Part shown: one piece after another, positions 39,464 through 49,287 of the stretch
How positions within the stretch are numbered: the stretch's first letter is position 1
How the letters are laid out: each line of letters opens with the position of its first letter
Source: Candidatus Izemoplasma sp.
Lineage (GTDB): Bacteria > Bacillota_I > Bacilli_A > Izemoplasmatales > Izemoplasmataceae
Assembly (NCBI GenBank): GCA_045046715.1
Contig: JASFZA010000007.1
Coordinates: 14,945-78,944 of the forward strand
Length of the DNA stretch: 64,000 nt
Direction: 5' to 3'
The notes under the pieces: generated by a model
What the model saw: the letters and a program-made list of their open reading frames with translations, nothing else
The model's database searches: none
Told to the model about the DNA's origin: nothing
Program-made: the position numbers and the translations under genes

Positions 39464-41992
39464 TTATCCGAAAAAGTCTGTTAATGAAGTAGAATTAGAA
39501 TAACTAATTCCAATATTGTCGCAGATATCGGTTAAAGCCTTTTTAAAGGTCTTTTCGAACTGCTTATCATAACAAACATAATCTCGTAATTCAAGTCTTT
39601 CATCTAAGTAAGATTCATACGCGATGGCAGTAGAATGCCAAGGATTTGGTTGCTGTAACCAAGCCCATTTACACATTTCACCTGACATAATAGGTGGAAT
39701 ATCTTTTAAGTCTTTATTTTCAATAATACGATTATGTAATAACATACCTTTGGTCCAAGCTAATGCGCCTTTACCATAAAAGGGTTCATCATCTAATTTG
39801 TACTTATTGAAGTCTCCAGCTCTAATATTAGCTGAAACTGCTTCCGGTGATAAAGATTTAAACTCTTCTTCACACTTATCAAAATATTTAACCATTCGAT
39901 CTTCATCAGTTTCTCGGAGCATTATTTTAAGGCCATCTTTCATTTTATCTCTACACCATTCAGGAGTAGAAGATCTAATCATTGATAAGCCCATTACTTT
40001 AAGTTTTGGTTCTTTATATCTTACTCCTTCAGAATCATATACATCTAATGCATAATTCTGTTTAGCTTGCCAAAATCCGTTCTTAGCAATTACTTCTCGA
40101 TCCATAAACATAAGCTGTTTGCGGCAGTTTAATTTCAGTGCAAACTTTTCTAAGTTAGGCTTAATTATATTTTCCGAGATATGATTACATATTTCATCTG
40201 CGGTGTCTACATCTTTTTGATCATCACCTGTTAATAAAGGTTGCATTAATCGATCAATAGAAAAATATACAGAATCCGTTGCAATAGCGGTACAATAATC
40301 TTCTTCGATACCGGTTTTAGCAATGATATAATCATTGATACATTTCTCTATGTATTTTATCACACATTGCCCAGAAAGGGTTACCGCTGATGCGAAATTA
40401 GTATCAAAAAATCTAAAATAAATTGAACCTAAAACACCATATCCTGCATTGGCGATTACCTTCAAAGCTTTGTTACGAGTATTCCATTTTGCTTTGAGTT
40501 GATCGTACTCATATTTCTTATCTTTATTAAGTTCTCTTTCCGCTAGCCCGGTAAATTTAATGTCTTCTTTTTTGGAAGCATCTCGTAAAGTCATAAGCTC
40601 TTCATGAATTTCTGCTAAGATAGATTGCTTACTTAGATCGAATTTTAAATTATTAGCGGCTAAACTAACATTTTGTTGTTGCAATTCTTCCGTATTAATA
40701 TCGTCTAAATTATAAGCGAATTCTTCCGATTTATCAACATAAAAATCACCGTCTAATATTGTATCAAACCCAATATTGAACTGTTGGATTAAAGATGGAT
40801 ACAAACCTTTGTAATCCCAGCTCACTATCCATTTAGATAATGCTGGAATAGGCTCTTTAAAATATCCTCCTGGAAAGGGTTCAGGTTCATGAACTGTATT
40901 AATATGAGGAACTTCGCCTCTTTCTAACATTCTATTTAATATTAAGGCATCCCAAATTTTTACTGGAGAAAACACGTCTTCGTAATTAATTTTAGCAATA
41001 TATGCTACATCGACTACCATGCTAATTAAGTTTAATTTTTCATCTAATCTGTCGATAAGAACCGCATCTAAGATATTGTAAGACATAAACTTTTGAAAGT
41101 TATTATTTGCTAAAGTGAAAAGACTTTTTTCTTCTTCATATGACAATTTTTCCTGTTTAAGTTCCACCCAAGCTATATGATTTAATTTATAGCTATCTCT
41201 TTTCTTAAATGTGTATTTTTCATAAAGCTCTTTATAATCTAGTTGGGCGATACCTTTATAATTGACTTGTTCCGAAGTCTTACCAAATTTTTGATATTCT
41301 CTAACATATGCTTTATTCCAAGGCGATAATCTTTTTTCGCTACCTGGTAAAATTTGGGCTAAACGATTATGAATGTAGATCATATCGAATCCTTCACTAT
41401 GCCAACCTGTAACAATGTGCGGACTACGAATTTTAAATAAAGTTAATAACGATCTTAGTAATTCTTCTTCAGATCTACAATGCTTATATCTTACTTGACC
41501 TGCGACTTCTTTATCTAATTCTTTATTAGCCACCGCTTTAATAGGACACCAAGGCCCTAATCCAAAAGAATAAATTTGATTCCTATTTCTATCAGTTACG
41601 GTTATCGCGTTAATAGGCCAGGCAGCTTTAATAGGCTCTGGAAATCCTTCCCCAGTTGGCACAGAAACCTCAATATCAATTGCATATATTGTTAGATCTT
41701 TTGAATCAACTGGTGCTAAATGGCCATATTGATCGTTAATAATTTGTAAATCGTAGTTGTTTTGACCGTAGATTGGAAAGATCTTTCTGTATTGTTTAAC
41801 ATAGTCTTTCGCTTCTTTGATACTAGAAAAATCTTTCTTATCTAAAGCGTCTCCTTCTAAAGATATGTAAGGAGTTTGGTCTTTTTGAGATTCTGAATAT
41901 AAACTAACTTCAGGTTTAAATTTGAAGTCGCCATCTAGTGTTCTGACATAGAAACTAGACCCTTCGTGGAATGCATTAATATAATTATTGAT
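39464..41992 (-). CDS. gp43: family B DNA polymerase (T4 gp43-like); start codon non-canonical or unresolved
   Basis: ExoI DIEV (about 41670-41680), ExoII NILDAV-type, pol motifs (YPSLI, ATDSVY). The frame is open from 42001 but the first ATG/GTG/TTG is the GTG at 41662, downstream of ExoI. Candidate ATC at 41992, 6 nt after AGGAG. Confidence 0.85.
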   Translation of the reverse strand: MNNYINAFHEGSSFYVRTLDGDFKFKPEVSLYSESQKDQTPYISLEGDALDKKDFSSIKEAKDYVKQYRKIFPIYGQNNYDLQIINDQYGHLAPVDSKDLTIYAIDIEVSVPTGEGFPEPIKAAWPINAITVTDRNRNQIYSFGLGPWCPIKAVANKELDKEVAGQVRYKHCRSEEELLRSLLTLFKIRSPHIVTGWHSEGFDMIYIHNRLAQILPGSEKRLSPWNKAYVREYQKFGKTSEQVNYKGIAQLDYKELYEKYTFKKRDSYKLNHIAWVELKQEKLSYEEEKSLFTLANNNFQKFMSYNILDAVLIDRLDEKLNLISMVVDVAYIAKINYEDVFSPVKIWDALILNRMLERGEVPHINTVHEPEPFPGGYFKEPIPALSKWIVSWDYKGLYPSLIQQFNIGFDTILDGDFYVDKSEEFAYNLDDINTEELQQQNVSLAANNLKFDLSKQSILAEIHEELMTLRDASKKEDIKFTGLAERELNKDKKYEYDQLKAKWNTRNKALKVIANAGYGVLGSIYFRFFDTNFASAVTLSGQCVIKYIEKCINDYIIAKTGIEEDYCTAIATDSVYFSIDRLMQPLLTGDDQKDVDTADEICNHISENIIKPNLEKFALKLNCRKQLMFMDREVIAKNGFWQAKQNYALDVYDSEGVRYKEPKLKVMGLSMIRSSTPEWCRDKMKDGLKIMLRETDEDRMVKYFDKCEEEFKSLSPEAVSANIRAGDFNKYKLDDEPFYGKGALAWTKGMLLHNRIIENKDLKDIPPIMSGEMCKWAWLQQPNPWHSTAIAYESYLDERLELRDYVCYDKQFEKTFKKALTDICDNIGISYSNSTSLTDFFG

Positions 41993-42001
41993 TTGGAGCT
42001 C

Positions 42002-42652
42002 CTATAAGATTGGACGAATATTAGACATTAATAGTTGGTAACATAAAGTAGGAATAGCTTCTAAAGTTCCGTTATTATCTAATATGATGTCAGATTGAGG
42101 TTTATAACTTACCATCATTTCTGAAGGATGAAGATTATCAAAAGTTTTTTGACTGTATTTTTCTTGTTTATCTACTCGCGAAACATGGATTAAAATACCT
42201 TTATCTCGCACCCATTGAGCTTCATTTTCAAATCTAATATCACCTATAATAACAATTCTATTATAGATTTTATCGTAATGTAGTTGTTCTTTTTCTGAAT
42301 TGATTAAAGTGTCTATCCAGATGCTTTCGCCATAAACCTTTCTACCATAATCTGTGCCTTCTAATTGCGCTAATTCTCGCGGAGAATACATACCATCTCC
42401 TACTTTAATATTTTTAATTTCTTTGTTTTCGCGATCAAAATGCCTCCATCCAATTCCAAATTTTTGAATGCAACAAGCCTTTACTGGATAAGCGAGATTT
42501 CTCCTATAGACCATGTATTTGTGCTTATACATTTCTTTAGTAATTGTTTCTAAAGCGTCTGCAACTGTATCTTTGCCAACGTTGTTATTATTAAGGAAAT
42601 TACCGTCTGGGTCTAGTCTTCTTCCTGCAAATCCTATTGGTATTAAGTTCAT
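42002..42652 (-). CDS. gp1: deoxynucleoside monophosphate kinase (T4 gp1-like)
   Basis: GKDTVADAL, SPRELAQLEGTDYG, IIGDIRFENEAQWVRDKGILIHVSR, LDNNGTLEA parallel T4 gp1 (GKDTTADF, RRLMQALGTD, PDTRQDHEMDAARAMGATVIHVVR, ITNDGSLEE). Confidence 0.75.
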   Translation of the reverse strand: MNLIPIGFAGRRLDPDGNFLNNNNVGKDTVADALETITKEMYKHKYMVYRRNLAYPVKACCIQKFGIGWRHFDRENKEIKNIKVGDGMYSPRELAQLEGTDYGRKVYGESIWIDTLINSEKEQLHYDKIYNRIVIIGDIRFENEAQWVRDKGILIHVSRVDKQEKYSQKTFDNLHPSEMMVSYKPQSDIILDNNGTLEAIPTLCYQLLMSNIRPIL

Positions 42653-43050
42653 ATCCTGCCTCCAATGGTATATTTAGCTTCTAAGTTCCAATCTTTCTTT
42701 TCATGAAACTTCACTATTTTAAGCCTAGATTGAGTATCTTTTGAATCTAATATGTTATCATTAACGATCTTGCAAAGCTTCCAGGATTGAACCAGATTTG
42801 CTATAGAGTTGCGTCTTTGGATGTCTTCTCTTGACAAATTAGTAGGCCTTCCGTCTAATTTAAATAATTCTTTAAAGTGGCAAATATAATATTTACCTTT
42901 CTTGTGAAGAATATGGCAACTTTGAAAAAGGGTGCTTGTTCTATAAGATGGCACGCCGATTCTTGTTAATGTTTCTTTAATTTTTAAGAAGTTATCTTCT
43001 TCTAAGATGTCGATCTCGACTAATGTATCTACTATTTCTTGTTCTTGCAT
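42649..43050 (-). CDS. regA: translational repressor RegA
   Basis: FLKIKETLTRIGV...LFQSCHILHKKGKYYICHFKELFKLDGR matches T4 RegA FLKVKETLTRMGI...LYQSCHILQKKGLYYIVHFKEMLRMDGR. Confidence 0.9.
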   Translation of the reverse strand: MQEQEIVDTLVEIDILEEDNFLKIKETLTRIGVPSYRTSTLFQSCHILHKKGKYYICHFKELFKLDGRPTNLSREDIQRRNSIANLVQSWKLCKIVNDNILDSKDTQSRLKIVKFHEKKDWNLEAKYTIGGRI

Positions 43051-43448
43051 TATTTGGCTCCGCCTTCTTCAAGGCATTTTTTCATTTCTAATATATCCTC
43101 CGGTTTCATAATTTTAACAATGCCTAGGCATTTTTCCTTGCTCAATTTTGGATAATATTCCATTACGATTTCTAAATCGTTATTATTTGTTTCTTTAGGC
43201 CATTTAGCCCATCTTTTCTTTTTTCTTATTGCATTATTGAAAAATTGAAAATGACCTTCGTTGCTAGCACAAGGGTACATATTCATATCATTAGCAATTA
43301 GTATAGTGTCTTCAAAATTTCCAAAGGCTCTAGTAATCATAAATTGGTTATATGTGTGATACGTGTAAGAATCTAATTCTAATTTCTTAGTATGAGATAA
43401 ACTATTAATCCATTCAAATAAACCTAATTTTGGAGCTTTGTCGCTCAC
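43050..43448 (-). CDS. gp62: clamp loader small subunit (gp62-like)
   Basis: Position between regA and gp44, 4-nt overlap with gp44; assignment by synteny. Confidence 0.6.
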   Translation of the reverse strand: MSDKAPKLGLFEWINSLSHTKKLELDSYTYHTYNQFMITRAFGNFEDTILIANDMNMYPCASNEGHFQFFNNAIRKKKRWAKWPKETNNNDLEIVMEYYPKLSKEKCLGIVKIMKPEDILEMKKCLEEGGAK

Positions 43449-44395
43449 TTAAAGTGTACCAAGCCAATTATTTCAGTCATAAGACTTACAAAGTTTAGTT
43501 GTTGATCTTGGACGAAACTGTGCTTATAACTATATTCGTTAAGAAGTAAAACGACTTGCGGTAGATCTTTTTCATCTATAAACTTAGCCATGTGATCATA
43601 CATTGAAGTAAAAATCTGGCTATTAGATCCTAAGATAATATCTAAATTATCTGGGACCCAATTAAGTCTCATCTTACCCCATTCTTTTTTGCTAGCAATT
43701 TGGAATAATTCTTGAATTCTATTAGATGCGATATCTCCAGTTAAAATACCGCTATCAATTGGGCCTGCATTTGAGTAAAGTTGTAAATCTCCTAAGATTG
43801 TTCTCATATCTGGGTAATTTCTTTTAATAAAAAGGGCCACAGATTTTTGATCAAATTTAATGTCTTCGCCTTTAAGAATCTCAAATGTTCTTTTGGCGAA
43901 TTCTTTCATCATCTTTGAACTTTCTTCTTTGGTAATATTAAAACTGATATTACTACATCTTGAATGAATAGCTCCTAAGATTTTATTAGGAAAGTTACAA
44001 GTAAAAATAAACCTACAGGTATCTTTAAATTCTTCAATCATACCATTCAAAGATTTCTGAACTTTAGCAGGATCTAATCCATCAGCTTCGTCTAAAATAA
44101 CTACTTTCATTTTATCACCATGTTCAAGGCTTCTTAATGAGGCAAAGGGAGTAATTTCGTTCCTTAATACTTCAATATTAGCATCTCTTGGGCAATTAAC
44201 AAATAAGCTATCTATATTTAATTCTTCGCAAAAAGCCATAGCTATAGAAGTTTTACCTGTGCCGCTAGGTCCATGCAAAATCATATTTGGAATTTCTTCT
44301 TTATCAAGTAAGGCTTTAAAAGTTTTTTTGATTCTTTCAGGCAAAATACATTCATCTACAGTTTTAGGTCTGTAATCCTCTACAAAATTTCTCAT
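43445..44395 (-). CDS. gp44: clamp loader large subunit (gp44-like AAA+ ATPase)
   Basis: Walker A GPSGTGKTS, Walker B VVILDEAD, SRC-type HSRC. Confidence 0.9.
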   Translation of the reverse strand: MRNFVEDYRPKTVDECILPERIKKTFKALLDKEEIPNMILHGPSGTGKTSIAMAFCEELNIDSLFVNCPRDANIEVLRNEITPFASLRSLEHGDKMKVVILDEADGLDPAKVQKSLNGMIEEFKDTCRFIFTCNFPNKILGAIHSRCSNISFNITKEESSKMMKEFAKRTFEILKGEDIKFDQKSVALFIKRNYPDMRTILGDLQLYSNAGPIDSGILTGDIASNRIQELFQIASKKEWGKMRLNWVPDNLDIILGSNSQIFTSMYDHMAKFIDEKDLPQVVLLLNEYSYKHSFVQDQQLNFVSLMTEIIGLVHFK

Positions 44396-44419
44396 ATTAT
44401 TATTTCTTTGAAGTTGTGG

Positions 44420-45106
44420 TTAAAACTTAGATTTGTGAAGCAGACCGATCATGTAAGTTACTTGAAGTTCAGGATTTACTAATCGAGCGCAACCAGTTTT
44501 ACTAATAGACACCTCGTAATCGCCTGGAATGATTTTAAGTAAATTAACATCAAAGATAGCGGTTATAGGATTTTGAAATTCGTTGACCGTTGGTTCACCT
44601 AGAGTGGTAAAAAAGTCATTTCGAACATTTAGATTTGCCTTAGAATTAATTGTAGACATTTCTATTAAATTTGTTTCTAAATTAACAGAACAAATCATGG
44701 AATCATGGCCTAATGAACTAGCGGCTTTCATAATATAGCTTAATTGATCGTTAGTTATTTTAAATTCTAATTCAAATTCAGGAGTACCTAAATCTTCTAA
44801 AGGTTTGTTATTAACTAATCTAGACATAGAAGAAAGATAAGGTATCTTAGATTTTCCATCAGAAATAGTGCAAGTATTTTCTTCGAAAGTTAATTCTGGA
44901 TCATTAAAAAGTGACATAGCAGCCATAAAATCTGAAAGCTTATGCATAGGAAACAATGTAGGAATTTCTTCGTCAATAGTAGCCCAAGAAAGAAAACTGC
45001 CTTGGATAGCACGAGTTTCAATTCTATGGCCAGGAGATAAAATTATTGAATCATTAATCGACATGTAATTCTTCAATATGTTGAGGGTTTTTTGGCTTAA
45101 TTTCAT
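44420..45106 (-). CDS. gp45: sliding clamp (gp45-like)
   Basis: 228 aa, N-terminus MKLSQKTLNILKNYMSINDSIIL vs T4 MKLSKDTTALLKNFATINSGIML. Confidence 0.9.
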   Translation of the reverse strand: MKLSQKTLNILKNYMSINDSIILSPGHRIETRAIQGSFLSWATIDEEIPTLFPMHKLSDFMAAMSLFNDPELTFEENTCTISDGKSKIPYLSSMSRLVNNKPLEDLGTPEFELEFKITNDQLSYIMKAASSLGHDSMICSVNLETNLIEMSTINSKANLNVRNDFFTTLGEPTVNEFQNPITAIFDVNLLKIIPGDYEVSISKTGCARLVNPELQVTYMIGLLHKSKF

Positions 45107-45165
45107 ATTATATTTTGATTTATTATTTATTCAACTATTATAACCCAATCAATCAAAAAATGATA

Positions 45166-46896
45166 CTATTTTTCCATATTATATACAGAAAAATTACCTT
45201 TTTTCTCAACTGTTATCGTTCTATCTACTCCTTTCATATTTTCCGAATTATGAGAGATAATTATTGCGCATTGTTCCTTACGATTTGTGTTTAAAATACG
45301 GTTGAATCCAAACAATCCTGCAGCATCTAAAGAAGAATCTCCTATCTCATCTAATATGATTAAATTACAATACGCTGAGTTCTTAATTTTAGTTAATTCT
45401 CTCCACGTAAATAATAAAGCTAAATCTATACGTAGTTTTTCTCCTGCTGAGAAATTTCCATAAGATAATTCATCTCTTCCTCTACTTTTAATAATTTCGT
45501 TAAATTCATTATCGAAAGTAAAAGCCAGCGGGAATTCTAAAATATCCATAAACTTCTGAATAAGAGTATTAATTACTGGAAGATATGTACTAATAATTTG
45601 AGCTTTAATCCCAGTATCTTTAAGAAGATCTACAATTACATTGTAATTTTTAGTTTCTATTAATAATTCTCTACCTTCAGTTTTGTTAGAGTTAAGGTTA
45701 GTCTTTAAATCTTTAAATTCGACGTTTAAAGAGTCCAAGGCAGTATTATTAGCGCCTACCTTAAAGGAATCTATACGTTTTTGTAAAGACGCCTTAGTTG
45801 TATTTAAATGCTCTAAATCCATTGTCATCGAATTAATTTCTTTCGAGAGATCTGTGTATTCTTGGATTTTTATGTTAACCGCTGAAATACGAGCATTGAT
45901 AGAATCTGAATAATGGGTTAATTTTTCTCTAGATTCAACTATTTTTTCCTTCTTAGATTCGCCATCTACTATTTTATCTTCTTTCCAATGAGATTCAATA
46001 GATTGCATACATGAAGGGCATTCATCGTTATTACTAAAGAATTTAAGTTCTTTATTAATATTTTTTAATTTCGACTCTAATTTAGCCTTAACTTCTACAA
46101 CTTTAAGAGTATTTTTTTGATCGGCCTTTTTAGCTTCTGAGATTTCTACAAAATTTAGAGCTAAAAGTCTATCAGATAAGTATCCCTTTGAAACTAAATG
46201 TTGAGAGATTTTATTATCGATTTTCTCTAATTCACCGTCTAAATCGCTTTGTTCTGCTTGGATGGCTTCTAACAATTCTGCTATTTGAGTTTTCTTGTAT
46301 TTTAAGCTAATTAATTTTTCTTTAACTTTTCTTTCACATTCATCTAAATCTCGTTTTCTTATATTCAAATGAGACCTTGCTATAGTTAACATCGTTGAAA
46401 ATATTTTAAGATCTAATAAATCTTCTATAACTGTTCTTCTAATGTGAGAAGAAAGCAACATAAATGGGATATAACTTGTAGATCCCAATATTACAATTTG
46501 CCTAAAAGTATTTTCAGAAATTTGCAATAATTGTGATAGGAAATATGCTTGTTGATCTTTAATTGCCGCTTCAGTTTCTTTCAATTTACCATCTACCCAT
46601 ATTTTAAACAAATTCGGCTTAATGCCTCGCAATATTTTAATATGATTTTTTCCATTAGTAAATTCAATAGTAACTTTGAGGTCTCTTTTATTGATAGAAT
46701 TAATTAATTGATCTTTTTTTATTTTTCGAAAAGGTTTGCCGTACAATCCAAAGAATAAAGCTTCGTATATTTGGCTTTTACCAGATCCATTGCCACCAAC
46801 TATTAAGGTTGTGGTCCCGTTGGTAAAATCTATTGTGGTAGGTTTCTTCCCATTAGATAAAACATTTTGGAAAGTAAGTTTTGTAAAATTTATCAT
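45166..46896 (-). CDS. gp46: recombination endonuclease subunit (gp46, Rad50/SbcC-like)
   Basis: Walker A GGNGSGKSQ, coiled-coil centre with CPSC zinc hook, signature/Walker B LILDEIGD. Confidence 0.9.
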   Translation of the reverse strand: MINFTKLTFQNVLSNGKKPTTIDFTNGTTTLIVGGNGSGKSQIYEALFFGLYGKPFRKIKKDQLINSINKRDLKVTIEFTNGKNHIKILRGIKPNLFKIWVDGKLKETEAAIKDQQAYFLSQLLQISENTFRQIVILGSTSYIPFMLLSSHIRRTVIEDLLDLKIFSTMLTIARSHLNIRKRDLDECERKVKEKLISLKYKKTQIAELLEAIQAEQSDLDGELEKIDNKISQHLVSKGYLSDRLLALNFVEISEAKKADQKNTLKVVEVKAKLESKLKNINKELKFFSNNDECPSCMQSIESHWKEDKIVDGESKKEKIVESREKLTHYSDSINARISAVNIKIQEYTDLSKEINSMTMDLEHLNTTKASLQKRIDSFKVGANNTALDSLNVEFKDLKTNLNSNKTEGRELLIETKNYNVIVDLLKDTGIKAQIISTYLPVINTLIQKFMDILEFPLAFTFDNEFNEIIKSRGRDELSYGNFSAGEKLRIDLALLFTWRELTKIKNSAYCNLIILDEIGDSSLDAAGLFGFNRILNTNRKEQCAIIISHNSENMKGVDRTITVEKKGNFSVYNMEK

Positions 46897-47114
46897 AAAT
46901 GAATATTAGTCCGAACCGATACTTGTGCTGTAAAAGAAACTCTTTTGTCAAGATCTACTTTTGTCTCAACTGCTACTACACTAACATCTGGAGTGGCATA
47001 TTTATCAAAAACTTTTTGTACAGAATCTGACATTCGCTTTTTGGTTACATCGTCTAATATTTCATTGATAAAAGGTTGTAAACTAACCATGATATCGTGC
47101 TTAAAATTATTCAT
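46893..47114 (-). CDS. hypothetical protein (73 aa)
   Basis: ORF between gp47 and gp46 with overlaps. Confidence 0.5.
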   Translation of the reverse strand: MNNFKHDIMVSLQPFINEILDDVTKKRMSDSVQKVFDKYATPDVSVVAVETKVDLDKRVSFTAQVSVRTNIHL

Positions 47115-48201
47115 TATCTATTTGCTCCAGTAAAGCTTGTTCATAAATATCTTTGATAATATGATTTAGTTCGTTATTTCTCGGGAAGTTGAGTACAGAT
47201 TCATGTAATAGAGCTACAGGAGATTTTACTCTAATATTATCAATGTCAACATCTGCTTGAATAATATTGTAAATGTCTATTACCGAAATTTTAGTAGGTA
47301 ACCAAGCTTTATCTAACCATTTAACAAAAGAGTCTACTTGCATATCATAATTAGCATCATGAACAGATATCTTAAACGAGCATCCTTTAGCTGCATTGTA
47401 TTTTCCTTTAATATCTATCTTTCCAGTAGTTAGCCATTCTTTGCTAGCTGTTTCATCCCAATCAACGTAAACAAACATTCTTTGATTCAATGAAAATGAT
47501 TCTATTTCTTTGGTCCCACAATCAAATAGATAAACTTTTTTAGGATCATTAAAATCTGACCAAGTTATTTCGTATGGGGTCCCTAAATAGGTAATATTCC
47601 CTTGAGTAGAAGAAGTATGGTAATGCCCGGTCCAAACATGTTCAAACTTTTCAAAAGGATCTTTATTAGTCCCGTTATAAGATAAGATGCCTTTCGCAAA
47701 TTCAAATCCTGATAACTCTAAGTGGCTCAGGCAGTATTTTGCATCGGTCTTCTTTATGTAATCATACACTTCAACTGAATTGTCGTCTGTGATCCAAGGA
47801 ATGATTAAGAATTTAGTATTATCAAAAGTAACTTCTGTTGGAGCATTATAAATCGTAATTAAATCTGAAAACAGACCTTCTACAGAATTAACTTTATTGG
47901 TTGATTTATAATACACATCATGGTTACCAAGTAATACATGAAGTTCTATATCATTTTCTTTAAAGAAATTAAAAAATCTAGTTTTAATTAAATCTAGTGT
48001 CACAAAATTAACAGATTTTCTCTTATCCATGAGATCACCGAATTGGATTACATGTTTAATTTTATTCTTAAGAAGGAACGGGAAAAATTCTTTTTCGAAA
48101 AATGATAGAAAGTGTTCGAGGAAAACAGTGTTGTCATTTTTGACTCCAAAGTGGGTATCTCCCAAAAATGCAATTTTTCCTACGTTATTGTATTTAATCA
48201 T
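47107..48201 (-). CDS. gp47: recombination endonuclease subunit (gp47, Mre11/SbcD-like)
   Basis: Phosphoesterase motifs FLGDTHFG, QFGDLMD, LGNHD, GHYH. Confidence 0.9.
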   Translation of the reverse strand: MIKYNNVGKIAFLGDTHFGVKNDNTVFLEHFLSFFEKEFFPFLLKNKIKHVIQFGDLMDKRKSVNFVTLDLIKTRFFNFFKENDIELHVLLGNHDVYYKSTNKVNSVEGLFSDLITIYNAPTEVTFDNTKFLIIPWITDDNSVEVYDYIKKTDAKYCLSHLELSGFEFAKGILSYNGTNKDPFEKFEHVWTGHYHTSSTQGNITYLGTPYEITWSDFNDPKKVYLFDCGTKEIESFSLNQRMFVYVDWDETASKEWLTTGKIDIKGKYNAAKGCSFKISVHDANYDMQVDSFVKWLDKAWLPTKISVIDIYNIIQADVDIDNIRVKSPVALLHESVLNFPRNNELNHIIKDIYEQALLEQIDNE

Positions 48202-48222
48202 TAACTACCTATAAGTTGAATA

Positions 48223-48843
48223 TTATTTTTTATTCTTATTTAAAGCTTCTAACAAAGTTTCAGGTTTTACTACCTCTACAACTTCATCTTTCGGGTCTAT
48301 CTTTTTCCTATTTTGTAAATACAATGGAGCTCTAGTAGCTTTCTTTTTCTTAACTTCTGAGGCTGCAATATCAAAATCTAAATAAATTTGCAATTGATTA
48401 ACAGTGGCTTCTACATTAGGATCGTTTGATACACTTTTGCCACTTAATTCGGCAACTATATCCATGCATGTAAAGGCATTCGATTGAATCATTTTGCATT
48501 TATTTTTAAAGATTTTTTGTTCTTTAATTAGGATCTTTAAAAAGGCATAATATGCAATTTGTGTAAAATAGCCAAAAGGGTTTTTAGATTTTTTGGAATC
48601 GAAGTTTTTAAGGGCTTTAACACAATCAAATATTGCTTCACTAATCAAGCTATCCCTATCAACATTTTGTTTCATAAACGTTGGAGAGTCTAATAGCTTT
48701 GTGCAAATTTTAATTATAGATTTAGAGACATAATCCGTTGGCTGAATTAATTCAGGGTTTAGGGAAGTGTTTCTTAGATTTTCATAGTGAAGTAAGTCAT
48801 TCAAAAATTTTTCATTATCAACATAGTGGTTAGCTTTTGCCAT
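48223..48843 (-). CDS. gp55: late-transcription sigma factor (gp55-like)
   Basis: VDNEKFLNDLL..., KALKNFDSKKSKNPFGYFTQIAYYAFLK vs T4 [28 protein letters not shown]. Confidence 0.85.
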   Translation of the reverse strand: MAKANHYVDNEKFLNDLLHYENLRNTSLNPELIQPTDYVSKSIIKICTKLLDSPTFMKQNVDRDSLISEAIFDCVKALKNFDSKKSKNPFGYFTQIAYYAFLKILIKEQKIFKNKCKMIQSNAFTCMDIVAELSGKSVSNDPNVEATVNQLQIYLDFDIAASEVKKKKATRAPLYLQNRKKIDPKDEVVEVVKPETLLEALNKNKK

Positions 48844-48869
48844 ATGTCTTTTTATATTTTGATTTAAGT

Positions 48870-48898
48870 ATTATATCCTAACTAGGTAGGAAAGTAAA
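48870..48898 (-). promoter_or_regulatory. sigma70-type promoter for gp55 (TTTACT-N17-TATAAT)
   Basis: Minus strand: TTTACT (48898-48893), 17-nt spacer, TATAAT (48875-48870), about 27 nt upstream of the ATG at 48843. Confidence 0.5.
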
Positions 48899-49058
48899 CA
48901 ATTATTTGTATATAGTATTTATTTAGCCAAAAATATAGGGAAATAAATTTAATTTCGTTATTTTTGCAATTAAATTGAACTTTTTGTGATATTTGTATCT
49001 AATACTATAAAAACTTCTTAATATACTTAACAAAAATACTTAATTAACTAAATTAAAT

Positions 49059-49091
49059 ATGATTGGTGAACCAATCATTGTGCGAAGCACA
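49059..49091. promoter_or_regulatory. palindrome plus GCGAAGC mini-hairpin module
   Basis: ATGATTGGT-GA-ACCAATCAT (49059-49078) immediately followed by TGTGC-GAA-GCACA (49079-49091). Confidence 0.5.
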
Positions 49092-49234
49092 AACATTTAA
49101 TAATTAATATTAATACATTTAAATACCATTTAACATTTAAATACTTAAATATTTAATTAATATATTTAAAAACAATTTAAATACTACATTGCTTAATATT
49201 TTGCGCATTAGTACTTTTAAATTGTAAATAATTG

Positions 49235-49266
49235 TTTAGGTAAACCTAAATGAGTTGGATCAACTC
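49235..49266. promoter_or_regulatory. second palindrome plus triloop-hairpin module
   Basis: TTTAGGT-AA-ACCTAAA (49235-49250), then GAGTTG-GAT-CAACTC (49252-49266). Confidence 0.5.
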
Positions 49267-49287
49267 AATATTATTATTTTTTACCTA

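Noticed and set aside
42002-42004. Genome-wide TAG stop-codon reassignment with a suppressor tRNA
   Set aside because: Long genes, including the 1959-aa and 754-aa late ORFs, are uninterrupted under the standard code. No tRNA with a CTA anticodon in the canonical register was found. Only local readthrough at this one junction remains a minor alternative.
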